DNA of 64,000 nt from the NCBI GenBank assembly GCA_951406725.2, contig OX597814.1, positions 183,334,001 to 183,398,000 on the forward strand. The letters are read 5' to 3'. Source of the DNA: Octopus vulgaris (lineage: Eukaryota). Under the pieces are notes generated by a model. That model ran no database searches, was not told the DNA's origin, and saw only the letters and a program-made list of their open reading frames with translations. Below are positions 13,344 to 26,387 of this stretch, in pieces (positions within the stretch are counted from its first letter, which is position 1; each line of letters begins with the position of its first letter). The translations under genes and the position numbers were made by a program.

Positions 13344-13742
13344 GTTTCTTTACTGCCCACAAGGGGCTAAACACAGAGAGACAAACAAAGACAGACAAAC
13401 GGATTAAGTCGATTATATCGACCCCAGTGCGTAACTAGTACTTAATTTATCGACTCCGAAAGGATGAAAAGTAAAGTCAACCTCGGCGGAATTTGAACTC
13501 AGAACGGAGCGGCAGACGAAATACCTATCTCTTTACCACCCACAAGGAGCTAAACACAGAGGAGACAAACAAGGACAGACAAACGGATTAAGTCGATTAT
13601 ATCGACCTCAGTGCGTAACTGGTACTTATTTAATCGACCCCGAAAGGATGAAAAGCAAAGTCGACTTCAGAACGTAAAGGCAGGCGAAATACCGCTAAGC
13701 ATTTCGCCCGGCGTGCTAACGATTCTGCCAGCTCGCCGCCTT
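13344..13742 (-). mobile_element. SINE family A1 dimer (one head, two body+tail units)
   Basis: TSD gagaaaagatagagattacct at 13323-13343 and 13743-13763. Internal junction near 13525. Confidence 0.92.
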
Positions 13743-13799
13743 GAGAAAAGATAGAGATTACCTCGTGAAACAATGAGTATTCAAGACAGGACAAAGAAG

Positions 13800-14125
13800 G
13801 AAGGTACATATTTCTGATTTACAAATAAAAGAAGATTTCTATGTGCATGGACGAAATATGACCCCCGTAGATAAGCAGGGGAAAATGGAAACGTATGCTC
13901 GTTGTTTGAAACTCAGGATAAGGTACAAAGACAGGAACGGTTTGTGTACAACACGCCAACTGAAAATTGGTGCTACTCTATGTGTAAGAGATATACTTGA
14001 GTCACGATCAATGTTAACGTGGGTCTTTGGGTCCTGGTTACTTTTGAAGTGAAGTACGAGAAGGAAGTCATTTGATAATTTTAGAACTACAGTATGCGTT
14101 TCAAAAGAAGTTTTTAACAATAATA
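13800..14125 (-). mobile_element. Possible decayed L2/CR1-type RT fragment
   Basis: Peptide FETHTVVLKLSNDFLLVL resembles the STETALLKVxNDILL RT motif. Confidence 0.3.
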
Positions 14126-14149
14126 GATATATGCAGTCTAACTAGTTAT

Positions 14150-14390
14150 TGAGGTGGTGAGCGGGTAGAACCTTTTGCGCATTGGATAAAATGCTTAGCG
14201 GCATTTCTTCCGGATCATTACGTACTGAATTTAAATTCAGCTGGAGTCAACTTTCAAATTTATCCTTTCAGGATGGATGAAATAGTATACTAGTTGAGGA
14301 GTGGAGTCAATGTAATCGATAACCCTCTCCCTCCTAAAACTGTTAGTCTTGGGTCTTAATCAGATACCGTTATTTATATTATTATTATTA
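14150..14390 (+). mobile_element. Old SINE family A2 copy
   Basis: aaaatgcttagcggcatttc...gtcaactttc...atcctttc...gtcaatgtaatcga, with an (ATT) tail. Confidence 0.7.
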
Positions 14391-14895
14391 TTTGAAACTG
14401 AAAAACAAAACAAGATATCTGCCTGAATGCTTACATAAATGAAATATCTCAAGCCACTCACTCTTCACTACCTCTCCTTTATCACAATAGAAAGAGGAAA
14501 AATAGAACGATTTAAAAAAATACCCTTTGTGATTATTCAGTCAAAAGACTGTGCCGCACACATTAATATTTCTGCATCTCTTCGGTTCCTCTCGGTATTA
14601 TTCATTCTCTTCTTTTCTACTCAAGTTGTTGTAGCGGAACTGAAGAGAAATAAGGCTGGCGATAAATAAGAGAATGTAAAATTGATTATTGAACCTAATT
14701 ATTCAACTAAAGTTTAGCATAACTAATAAATTCTTTGAAGATTTTAAAATCAACTTTCGTTGCACTTCTGAAACATTTTATGTATGTAGGAATTTGGATT
14801 TTGACTCATTCAAATTACATTTTATTATTTTTTAAATATTTTTACTTACTTTACGCACCAGATTCCAATTGATCTTATTTAGTTACCAAAGTCTA

Positions 14896-15370
<475 letters not shown>

Positions 15371-16493
15371 TAATTATTCATCTGCAGCAAATCAACCTCG
15401 ATGATCCACAGATAATGCTTAATACCTATTGCGGTGCCGCTTTGTTTGCTGCAGAGCACTTAAATTAACATGAGGCATAAGAAAATTGAGCGTTAATGCT
15501 ATTAGCTTAAATATCTGTGCTTTTATCTTTACCACATTTTGATTGGAATATTCTCCAGTCGTATTCATATTTGTAAGAGTTATCCTGAATGCGAAAATTT
15601 TGTTTCAAATATAAATGTAATATTCTCTTATTTTCTTTACCAAAGTCTCCTAAATGTGAAGAAATGACAAAAAATGAGCAATAAAAGTTTTTAAATGTTT
15701 ATTGCAGCTACCCCCTATACATATGACAATTAACAAACTATAGATAAACACATAGATTGGGAAATAAGGTAAATACTTCAGATATTAAGTGTAAATATTA
15801 GTGAGTATCTCATTCTTCAGACATCTGTGATTCAAAATATGGGCTTTTTGTGAAGTGAAAATCCAATTAATTTATTCGAATGTTTAAAAAGCGCAATGGC
15901 AATAACTTTTGAAAATTTAGTCTTTAAATAATTCATCCGGTAAGCCAGAATATGTTTGGCGAGAAAATTATGTTCAACGTTACTTTGTGTATTTTTTGCA
16001 GCAATTTTTTGTCTTTGTTTTGTACAGAATTTTACAAATTTCATCACTTTTTTTAAATAAAAAAATGCACTGCAAGAAATATACTAGTGGCGTATTAGCA
16101 GCGGTATTGAAGAGGGAGACTTAATATAAAGTCAAATTTAGACGGAGTAATAAAATGATAAAGGAAGTGAAGGAAAGAGAGAGACAGAAAAAACAGACCG
16201 CAATTTCAGATATTGATGTCGACCATCTTACTCCTCAACCACCTCTGTCAGTCTTATAATAAAAACCTTTGAAAATATGTGCTGATTTCCAAAACGGTAA
16301 AAGTCTAAACAACAAATTAAAAAGGGTCGCTTATTAGCAATTAGAACATAAAAGCAAAATTAATAGAGGTCACAAAAGTGACAGATGGTATTGACTAGCA
16401 CTGCTTTTGATAAAGATAAAAGTTCAACTATCTCAAAGCTGCAAACACACTGTTGTAAGTGAATGACAAAGGGAGGTAAGTCGCCAGCGTATA

Positions 16494-16551
16494 AAGCAGG
16501 CTCGCGATTTCGGATTTTGACGTAGACCATCTTAATCGTCATCAGCGGCTC
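16494..16551 (-). ncRNA. Decayed minimal type-I hammerhead-like motif (canonical CUGAUGA core)
   Basis: Minus strand reads gagccg CTGATGA cgatt..aatcc GAAA tcgcga gc ctgctt. Stem III is palindromic; U16.1 and one stem II pair are mutated. Confidence 0.45.
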
Positions 16552-17100
16552 TTAACGCCTAGCTTTAAACTTAACCACTTCTCTCAGACAAGGAAATAAA
16601 AAAAGTGATTACTAGACAAAGGCAAAAAGGATTAGAGAAAAGGAGCTTAATATAATTGCCTCTTTTATTAATTTTGGTAAAGGTCCAGGGCTTTCTAGCG
16701 CGAAAGAAAGATATAAAGAAAATTGTTACTCTTATGACTTATCGAACTTGCGTAATTGATGTGGTATGGGCCTTGTCGGTAATCAAAGCTGTAAATTTGG
16801 TTCGTCGGAATTCTAATTTTACCGCAAAACATTCACCATTTGTTGCTACAACAAATGCAAAGATTACATTATTATAAAGGAAAACAATATCATCACCATA
16901 AATGTTCATAATTCTTTCTGTATTTTGGCGAATGCCGTAAATTTGCAGAGTAGGAATTCAATCGAGTCTCTCCAAGTAAATGGATAGTACTTAAGTTTTG
17001 AAATGGTAAGGATGTAACACACGGTTAGCTCGAGTGAAATTTGAACAATGAACATAGATAAAGGAAGGTAATTAATTTCAAGCATTGTACTACAATTTAG
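16552..17100 (-). mobile_element. Decayed, internally deleted Penelope-like element remnant
   Basis: Minus-strand echoes of the Penelope RT motifs FYGLPKIHK (frameshifted YGI/AKIQK) and YxDD (IYGDDIVFL), lying upstream of the hammerhead-like motif. Confidence 0.4.
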
Positions 17101-17259
17101 TATTTCTACAGATCCAGAGAGGCACATGACTAAACGTTATTCCTTAAAAGAAAAATTAACACCAGAAGTATATAAGATATATGCTTAGCAAGTATAAATT
17201 ACAGTGCTGTGTTTCATGAACAGTGAAAAAGTTAGAATTGATAAGTATTGCATGGAAGA

Positions 17260-18110
17260 GAGTAATCAGAAAAAATATTGATGTTTTAAATAAGAAGCAC
17301 AATATATAATGTTCGGTATCGGGGAAGAAGTGGGATTGGTTGACAGAGAAATCAGAATAAATGATACAAGGAAAGAAAATCCAGAAATTGGAAAAAAAAA
17401 ATGCAAAGACTGTTTAGGTAGAATTAAGCTGAAGCAGCAAAAAGACAAATGTATATAGTTAAATCTTTAACAGCTTCGAAAAAAAAAAATGAAAAACCAT
17501 TAAACTGTAACTTAGCCGAATAAGCATTGAAGAAATTGAGAAGGGTGGAAGTAATATTAGATTTGTAAAAGCTATACAAAAAAGAAAGTATGGAAATGAA
17601 AGCAAAGACAAAAATATGAGAAAACAAATAAAATCATTTCATAATCTAGCATCAGAATATAAAATATATATGCTGACAATTATTATATTAAAAGTTATTA
17701 GGAGCTAATTGGATAAAGTAAGAAGGATTAGTAAGAAAGTGTTTAGTTTGATATAGATCCCAAAGATAAATCCCAAAGGAGGAGTATGATATACTCTAGA
17801 GAACAAGAAAAAGAAGCTGGAGATACCAACATAAACAGAATATATTATTCATATGGTTTAACCAAGTGAGAAAACTATCCACCCAAAACAGCAAGATACA
17901 CAAAGAAAATATCAACTTAATACCAAGTAGGAAAGGAGACTCGGAAACCATGCGAAGGCAGAGGATGTTGTGATTGGTTAGCAGAGAATACAAATGGTTA
18001 CAATTGATAAACTAGTAATAAAAATATATGTACGTAACCGATGCAAAAGACTGCCAGGAATGAGTGAAAGAGGGTTCGAAACGGATCTGCCTAGAAATGC
18101 AGAAACAGGA
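17260..18110 (+). mobile_element. Decayed RTE-like LINE 3' region
   Basis: A-rich strand; WFNQVRK...PSRKG resembles the RTE C-terminal WFGHVxR...GKRxRGRP. Many stops. Confidence 0.35.
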
Positions 18111-18138
18111 TTTTAAGTCTTATTTCACTAAGCAACTA

Positions 18139-18458
18139 TTAGTGGTTAGAACGTCGGGCTCACAATCATAAGGTAGTGAGTTAGATTCTCGGACAGGGCT
18201 GTGTTGTGTTCTTGAGCAAGACACTTTATTTTCATGTTGCTCTAGTTCACTCAGCTGTAGAAATAAGTTGCGATGTCACTGGTGCCAAGCTGTATCGGCC
18301 TTTGCTTATCCCTTGGATAACATCGGTGGCGTGGAGAGGAGAAACTGGTATGCATGAGCGACTGCTGGTCTTCCATAAACAAACTTGTCCGGACTTGTGC
18401 CTTGGAGAGGAACTTTCTCGGTGCAACCCTGTGGTCATTTATACCAAAAAGGGTCTTT
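18139..18458 (+). mobile_element. SINE: family D-type head with tail E
   Basis: agtggttag...gtgttcttgagcaagacactttatttt followed by ggtgccaagctgtatcggcc...; homologous to 54918-55248. Confidence 0.88.
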
Positions 18459-18566
18459 ATCAGTTACCCTTAAGATTCGGGACCTAAACATAGGCACCAA
18501 CATTCAAGTGGAGTCAGTATAAAAAGAGGTGCATTGATACAGTCACTTGCATACACACACCGTATA

Positions 18567-18659
<93 letters not shown>

Positions 18660-19069
18660 ATGTATGTATGTATGTACACGATGTATTTCCACATAGTCTC
18701 TGTCCACCTATATTTCACTTATGAGTGATTCGAGTTGACTATGAAAGATCGCTTCATCTTACAAAACCTCTTCCCACCGTTCACTTTTGCTTACTGAATG
18801 AGTCGACGACACCATCTTGAAAATTTCGAACATTTTTCTGTATTTAAATGTTCTGCATTGTAGAGCGATTAATAAAAGTATTTGAATTGTGCTTTGTGCC
18901 TTACAAATTCTGGTGAACGAATAAACGCAGAAGAACAATAAATTGAAGACACAGAGGCTTGTAAAATGGAAAAACAAAACGAAAAGGTACGAGGTTTCCA
19001 AAACCGGCCCCACTTCGGCGATAAACAACAGCAAAAACAACAAGAACAATAATAATTATAACGATGATG

Positions 19070-19445
19070 ATGATGAGGAGGAGGTGGAAGAGAAGAAGAA
19101 GGAGATGAAGAAGGAGAAGAAGGAGAAGAAGAAGAAGAAGGAAAAGAAGAAGAAGAAGGAAAAGAAGAAGGAGAAGGAAAAGAAGAAGACGAAGAAGAAG
19201 AAGTAAAAGAAGAAGAAGAAGAAGGAAAAGAAGAAGAAGAAGGAAAAGAAGAAGAAGAAGGAAAAGAAGAAGAAGAAGGAAAAGAAGAAGGAAAAGAAGA
19301 AAAAGGAAAAGAAGAAGAAGAAGGAGGAGGAGGAGGAGGAGGAGGAGGAGGAGGAGAAGAAGAAGAAGAAGAAGAAGAAGAAGAAGAAGAAGAAGAGAAG
19401 AAGAAGAAGAAGAAGAAGAAGAAGAAGAAGAAAAAGAAGAAGAAG
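19070..19445. repeat. (GAA/GGA)n polypurine tract
   Basis: Directly visible. Confidence 0.97.
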
Positions 19446-20088
19446 GGGTGTGCGTACGCAGAAGCAGACAGTGAAATAGAAGAAATATTTGTATCTAGTG
19501 ATTTCTGTTGATAAATTATGAAGGAAATGTTATCGTTTGTCGTCTGCTTACGCGTACGCATTTTTGCAAGTGTATAAGTGAGACGATTTGTCCATATGTG
19601 TATGTGTGTTATTTTGTTTTTCAACATCATTTCCGGTTTAGTGGAAATCTGTTATTTGCTAGACGTAAACAATGTGTTTGAGATATTCAGTTGATTAGAG
19701 CATATTATACGTCGTTGGATATGTTTGGACTTTGGAAAGTGACGGAAAGAAATGATATGACTGAAGGTTGTCATGTGAATGTGTATATGAAAAGGAAAAG
19801 CTGAATTGATGTATACAGGAAACTGAGAGGTAGATAAAATGAAGAAAACGACGGAGTAAATATGTGAAGTGATCGGAGGAGGCTGAAATATAATGTATGG
19901 TGCGAAAGACGGGAAGACAGAAAAATGGAGAAGGGTATGATTATTAATACATTCATACATAAATACATATATACATGTATACATGATTGCCTGCAAACAT
20001 ACATGCATAGATACATGCATGCATACATACAAAAATCACGCATATTTACTTACGTACGTATGTACGATTGTGTGTGTGTGCTTATATA

Positions 20089-20500
20089 CTCTCTCTTTAC
20101 TCTTTTACTTGTTTCAGTCATTTGACTGCGGCCATGCTGGAGCATCGCCTTTAGTCGAGCAAATCGACCCCAGGACATAATTCTTTGTAAACCCAGTACT
20201 TATTCTATCGGTCTCTTTTGCCGAACCGCTAATTTACGGGACACTAGCACACCAGCATCGGTTGTCAAGCGATATTGCGGGTGGGTGGGTTGTGTTGGGG
20301 GGAAAAAACATAGACACACAACACACACACAAATATATACATACATATATACAACGGGCTTCTTTCAGTTTCCGTCTACCAAATCCACTCACAAGGCTTT
20401 GGTCGGCCCGAGGCTATAGTAGAAGACACTTGCCCAAAGTGCCATGCAGTTGTACTGAACCATGTAGTTGGTAAGCAAGCTACTTACCACACAGCCACTC
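20089..20500 (-). mobile_element. SINE family B
   Basis: Near full-length match to the other B copies. Confidence 0.92.
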
Positions 20501-20608
20501 AACACTAGTAGGCGCGTAAATGCAAAACAAGTTGGAAAACGTAGTACTGGAATACCGATTGTAGTGTAATGTGCTATTTTATTAAAGCTACAAAAACATT
20601 CACAAAAA

Positions 20609-20646
20609 CTACTACTCAGAGTTTCACGTTCCCATTTGTCGGGCAG
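20609..20646 (-). ncRNA. Hammerhead-like motif, C4 variant, G8 mutated
   Basis: ctgc CCGACAA atgggaacgt GAAAC tctga GTA gtag. Confidence 0.5.
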
Positions 20647-20658
20647 CTGTGATAACAA

Positions 20659-20696
20659 CTGTCCGACGAATGGCAACGTAAAATTCTGAGTAGCAT
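20659..20696 (+). ncRNA. Hammerhead-like motif, C4 variant, G12 mutated
   Basis: ctgt CCGACGA atggcaacgt AAAAT tctga GTA gcat. Confidence 0.5.
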
Positions 20697-20793
20697 GTTT
20701 TGTGATGCTTTTGCTGCTTTAATGAAAAAAGTATGTATATATATATATATATATAAGAATTTTTTGCGTAATAAGATTTAAAAAAACCCAAGG

Positions 20794-20847
<54 letters not shown>

Positions 20848-20864
20848 GCATTTATAGATGGAAG

Positions 20865-20916
20865 GTCTTACAGCTGTTTCTAGGATATTAATTAATAATA
20901 TCCCTTCATCGGGGAC
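20865..20916 (-). ncRNA. Minimal type-I hammerhead-like motif, CCGAUGA core
   Basis: gtcc CCGATGA agggatatt attaatt aatatccta GAAAC agct GTA agac; palindromic stem III loop. Confidence 0.6.
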
Positions 20917-20982
20917 GGTGTGAGAGGAAAAATTAAGTCATAGTCAGTTTCGAAACTATGACTTAATTTTTACTCTCACACC

Positions 20983-21034
20983 GTCTCCAATGAAGGGATA
21001 TTATTAATTGATATCCTAGAAACAGCTGTAAGAC
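20983..21034 (+). ncRNA. Minimal type-I hammerhead-like motif, G5 mutated
   Basis: gtct CCAATGA agggatatt attaatt gatatccta GAAAC agct GTA agac; stem I gtct/agac is perfect. Confidence 0.55.
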
Positions 21035-21051
21035 CTTCTATCTCTAAATGC

Positions 21052-21126
<75 letters not shown>

Positions 21127-21603
21127 CAGCCTTAGTTTTTTTTAATCCCATTATGCAAAAATTCTTATATACACACACTGACATAGAACCAACGTTGAAC
21201 CCTTTATTCGTAATATTACCGAATCTGGAACTTAACTATGGTCTGTCTATAGCACTTATTCAGCATTACCTGATACCTTTGGGTTTCAATGACACCATTA
21301 TCACTTATATATATATATATATATAATATTATTATATTAAATTAGAGATTAAACCACTATTAGGCAAATCAAACAGTGAAAAACATAAGCCAATACATAA
21401 AATTAAATTTAAAATATAAGATAATTTAACATAATAATATAATATATTTATACTATAAAATTGGATTTAATCCTAAATCTAATTTTTCCCTGTAAGTTTG
21501 GATTTATTCCCTAATATTATTATTATATATATATACATATTTATATTTGGACAACATACTAAGAATGAAAAGCAAAGAAACAAAGAGAAAGAGGTCTATC
21601 AGA

Positions 21604-21607
<4 letters not shown>

Positions 21608-21657
<50 letters not shown>
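21608..21657. repeat. (GA)n microsatellite
   Basis: Directly visible. Confidence 0.97.
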
Positions 21658-21659
<2 letters not shown>

Positions 21660-22729
21660 TAAGAGATTGAATGAGATAAAAACATAGTGAAATGGTTATT
21701 AGGGAATGAAATTAACTTAGTTCATCACGAAAACTTTTGTTTTATGCTACCCCACTTATGCTACCATGACTAACTTCAAGGAAGCAAACTCTTAACTAGC
21801 CAATGACAATTACTCAACCTGAACAATTAACCTGCTAAAATAGCAACCAAATCTTGTACAAATTACATCACGTAGCCTTAAAAAGGAAACGCTGTGTAAC
21901 GCTGTGGTAGATAGACTGTAATTAAATAGAAGACAAGAAATCTCTGGACTGAAATTTCTTTGGATATAAGTCCGTTCCATTATTGTTGATATGAAGTTAA
22001 ATAATGCCAAGAATGGTAACTTCATTCCGTTACCTTATTTTATAATGCTAGTTAATAAGAAAACGAACGAAATGACACTTGACAAAGGAGATACAAATGG
22101 TATATTGCACAAAAGTCGACAGGTGTTTTCGCTAACGAGTGTGTTCTTATGAAAATTTTATGCGTTATAACAATTCTTTGAAAAGTTTAAAACCAAACGA
22201 TTTAAAGATAGAAATTAAACGTGGCGCTAACAGCAAGAACATTTATTGTTTCTAAGTCCGAGATTAGCACTGATTAATGAGATATATAATCTAGGATATT
22301 CTAGTCGTGATCATCAAATTCGTTAGGCTATGTACATTTAAATTCACAGTATTTGACATGTGCTTCTTCTTTTAAGATGGTAGGCCTTGATATACGGAAT
22401 ACTTGACTTCCGTATCTTGCAGGTTGTGCGATCTCGTTGAGGCTCCCTTGGTATCTTGAGTAAGAGAAATACAAACATTTTGGTTTGGATTATCAGCAGT
22501 GAAGGGATCTACCAGGTGAAGAAAGTTCAAAACAATTGTAAGTGGCCATTTCAATTCGATAAGTAACCAGACTTTGCAAAAAGCAAAGAAAAAGCAAAAG
22601 AACAAAAGAAAATCGACCAATTGAAATGCAGCAAGAATGTCCCAAATTTCAGGTCGAGGTATTTTTGAAACACGCAGAAAGTACTTGAACAATAAATATT
22701 TAATGACAGAGAAAGTGCTATAAACAACA

Positions 22730-23132
22730 ACTCTCTTACTTGTTTAAGTCATTTGACTGCGGCCATGCTAGAGCACTGCCTTAGTCGAGCAAATCGCCTC
22801 CCAGGACTTATTCTTTGTAAGCCTAGTACTTATTCTATCCGTCTCTTTTGCCGAACCGCTAAGTTACGGGGACGTAAACACGCCAGCATCGGTTGTCAAG
22901 CGATTTTGGGGGACAAACACAGACACAAACACATGCACACACACATATATTTATATGTACATATATTCGATGGGCTTCTTTCAGTTTCTGTCAACCAAAT
23001 CCACTCACAAAGCTTTGGTCGGCCCGAGGCTATAGTAGAAGACACTTGCCCAAGGTACCACGTAGTGGGACTGAACCCAGAACCATGTGGTTGGTAAGCA
23101 AGCTACTTACCACACAGCCACTCCTGCGCCTA
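22730..23132 (-). mobile_element. SINE family B, full length
   Basis: Head on minus reads taggcgcaggagtggctgtgtggtaagtagcttgc (A box) and gggttcagtccc (B box). Confidence 0.93.
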
Positions 23133-23699
23133 CAATTATTGGATTATCTAGCGTAAAGACAACTAGAAAGCCACAGACCCATCATAACCTAACTGCTTGA
23201 GTGTACAGATAAAAGAAACAGTATCTAAAATGTCTCATTTTTCGCTCCGCATGGTAATAGATCTTACTAAGCTCTTCTACAGCCAGTGTTCAAACGTTTA
23301 ATTGTAGCAATGGTTCAAAACTGTGATTACTTAAAAACGAAGTTTCACTTCCAGAAGACAATGCATGCTGCAAAATTACAAATGACTGTAAATAACAGTT
23401 ATTACCGAAGAATATAACAGAAAGAAGAATCTGATTCACTAACAGATGACATTTTACCATATTTCCTGTATATGGTCACGAAAGTGTAGATATGAGTATA
23501 ACGTAGCATAAATAGTAATGCGGTACAGAATCTTGTCAAATAAATGACGGCCAAGTCTCCCAGCATGAGAAAAAACCAAAACAAAACAAAATTCAATCAA
23601 AATGGACTCGGGTTCAAATATCGTGGTTCTATATAAAACCATCTTTTGTATATAAACCGATGATTTGAAGTAGTACTCTGTAGATGATAAACAAACTAG

Positions 23700-25070
23700 T
23701 AACAATGTTACAAATACACATAAGGCTACGAATAAGAGCGAATATGATGATGATTTATGTATAGGACATTTTAAAGATGGAAATTATGAATGAAGAAAGA
23801 ATATATGAGTATAAAAGGGACATTATTAAAGAATTAATATTTATAGATCTTCCAATAGGCCAACAAAAAGTCTTTCAAAGGCAGGCTTTAACTATAAAGG
23901 AATAGAAAACAATACAATATACAAAGGTGACCATCGTTGACAAAGAAAATATCAACAAAGTAAACCAAAAATATATGCAGCAATCTTACTACTTAGGAAG
24001 GAAAGCCAAGTATTCCGTCAGTTCTATTCATATAAGAATATCAAAGCCTAAACAAACAAGGTATCCGACAAACACACAGAGAAAGACAGAAAATGACATA
24101 AAAAAGATCGCTCGATCTTTATAACAAAAATAACAAATGAAATCAGTGGATAAGACAAATACTGCTAAAATATTACATAACAAAAACGAATCAGAAATCA
24201 AAGAATGCTTCAAAAAGAGATTCTTGCTAAATTGCGAAGAATCCGTTGTTATGAAAAGCTACACGAATTACTTGAACAAAACGAACAGTTCCACTCCAGC
24301 GCAAAACAATTTTATCAATAACTAAATAAATAAAAAAAAATAGCAGCGCCAGCAAAACAACAGCAACAACAAAACAGAAAGGAAAAGAAAACAAACAAAC
24401 AAAATAAAACATAAACGAAAGCAAAAACAGGATAAAAGAATTTACTCATAGGTATATATTTTTCGTAATCACGTGCAAAGAAGACAGTGGTGTATAACAG
24501 ACATACAAGTGTTGACAAAACGGAAAAGAACATTTAATGTCGTACTGAAAAGACTCCCGGAAACAACATCTGAATGACTCCCCGAGGAATACGTTTAATA
24601 TCCAAAAATAAAAATAAAATAGTAAACCCTACAAAACCAAAACAAGATCACCTACGGTGTGCAAACACATATTGACAATATTGTAACACAGGAGACATGA
24701 TTTCTCTAAAAAACATAATTCTCTCAAAGAAGAACAGAGTGGACACCGTAAAGGCATGTGGTTACACTGATTAATAACAAGTCAACAAAGGCTTCATCGC
24801 ACACCGTAGAAGAACAAAACGTCTGTACATGCATGGATTGAATATGAAAAGGCTTTTAATAATTATAACGTTGCTCCTGGCTTCTGGATAAATTAACTAT
24901 GAGTGAGAGAGCACCAATTCATAAGCCGGAAGCTCAAACATACCATCAATTAATGGCAAAAAATTCTCTAGTTCCAAATATAAGTTATCTATAAAAATGA
25001 ATCTAGCCTCATTTGGAAGAATGGCATTCCAAAGTAACTTCCTCCGTCCACATTTTTTTATCGTGTTAAG
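23700..25070 (+). mobile_element. Decayed R4/Dong-like non-LTR retrotransposon, RT region
   Basis: EEQSGHRKGMW (~24730) and AWIEYEKAFN (24832-24861) correspond to EQKGCRRG..AWIDYKKAFD. Frameshifts and stops; boundaries approximate. Confidence 0.7.
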
Positions 25071-25581
25071 TTGGATTGAACAAATGTTAAAGTGTACAAA
25101 TGTTAAGAGATACAAGTGCTAAAGCAAACAGATGTTAAAGGATACACATGTTAAGGGAGAACAATCAGCTAGCTTTTGTACACCGATAACATCATGTATT
25201 TTGCAGGAGCAATGAAGAAATGCTGGTAATAGGGGTACAGGAATTCAGTAATGGAAAATTTCGCGAAGACAATTTTGAAGTGTGGTAAAATTGCATAATA
25301 AATCATAAATTAAATATTTCCACAAGAATGCATCAAGCACATGCAGGGAATCGCTATATAAAAATATCAGTAAACATTGTGGTTTTTGTGAAGAAATAAT
25401 TAAACTATTTCTTCCTGCCCTGTCTTATCAAAAATGCCAAAAATGGAATGATATATTGAGGCATGGCTGAAATAGATTCTTTATTTTCTGAAAATTATAG
25501 CCATTATCAAATACCCAGAATAAAAGTCTATTTTATAAATATACATTAAAAAATATTGTCAACGAATGAAACAAAATTGTA

Positions 25582-25734
25582 TAGGTGCAGGAGTGGCTGT
25601 GTGGTAAGTAACTTGCTTACCAACCACATGGTTTTGGGTTCAGTTTCACTATATGGTGCCTTGGGTAAGTGTCTTCTACTATAGCCTCGGGCTTGTGAAT
25701 GGATTTGGTAGACGGAAACTGAAAGAAGCCCGTC

Positions 25735-25805
<71 letters not shown>

Positions 25806-25915
25806 TGTCTGTCTGTCTGTCTGTCTGTGTGCCTGCGTTCGTGCATATTTGCGTTGGTCCTCCCACCATCGCTTGTCACCCGATGCTGGTGTGTTTACGT
25901 CCCTGTGACTTAGCC
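25582..25915 (+). mobile_element. SINE family B, 3'-truncated, with internal (TA)(TG)(TCTG) repeats
   Basis: Head taggtgcaggagtggctgtgtggtaag. Confidence 0.9.
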
Positions 25916-25957
25916 ACATTGGCACATTTAGGACATCCAGTCAGTACCGGTCGGATT

Positions 25958-26349
25958 GGTTTCAAATTTTAGCACAAACCCAACATTTTCGCGTAGGGAG
26001 TAACTCCATTACATCGACCCTAGTGCTTAACTGGCATGTACTTTATTGATTCCGAAGGTTGAAAGGTTAAATCGACTTCGGCGGAAATTGAACTCAGATC
26101 GTGAAGACGGAAGGAATATTAATAATAATAATCCTTTCTGTTAAAGGCACAAAGCCTGAAATTTGGTAGGAGGGGACTAGTCAATTACATCGACTTCAGT
26201 GTTTCACCGGTACTTAATTTATCGACCCCGAAAGAATGAAAAACAAAGTCGAGCATGGCAGAATTTGAACTCAGAACGTAGCGGCGTGTTAATGTTGGAC
26301 GCATCGGCACAACGTAGCGGCATGTTAACGGTTCTGCCAGCTCACCGCT

Positions 26350-26387
<38 letters not shown>

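Larger units (their letters stand above)
20581..20723. mobile_element. Fold-back element: inverted pair of pLTR-like units, each with a hammerhead-like motif
   Basis: Arms 20581-20649 and 20656-20723 are imperfect reverse complements. Confidence 0.7.
20751..21170. mobile_element. ~420-bp palindrome made of two inverted Penelope pLTR-like units interrupted by (TA)n
   Basis: Symmetric about agtttcgaaact (~20950). The arms match on both sides of the TA runs (aagaattttt...aggctgta / tacagcct...aaaaattctt). Confidence 0.8.

Noticed and set aside
18869-19630. 253-aa S/F/P-rich ORF
   Set aside because: It is the reverse strand of the (GAA)n tract.
22428-22465. Possible micro-exon (ttgcag|gttgtg...ttga|gtaaga)
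   Set aside because: Splice-like motifs only; cannot be supported without RNA-seq.
22753-23156. Recurrent peptides such as RLPNPLTRLWSARGYSRRHLPK and QIHSQGFGRPEAIVEDTCPR
   Set aside because: They are translations of SINE-B copies, not a gene family.
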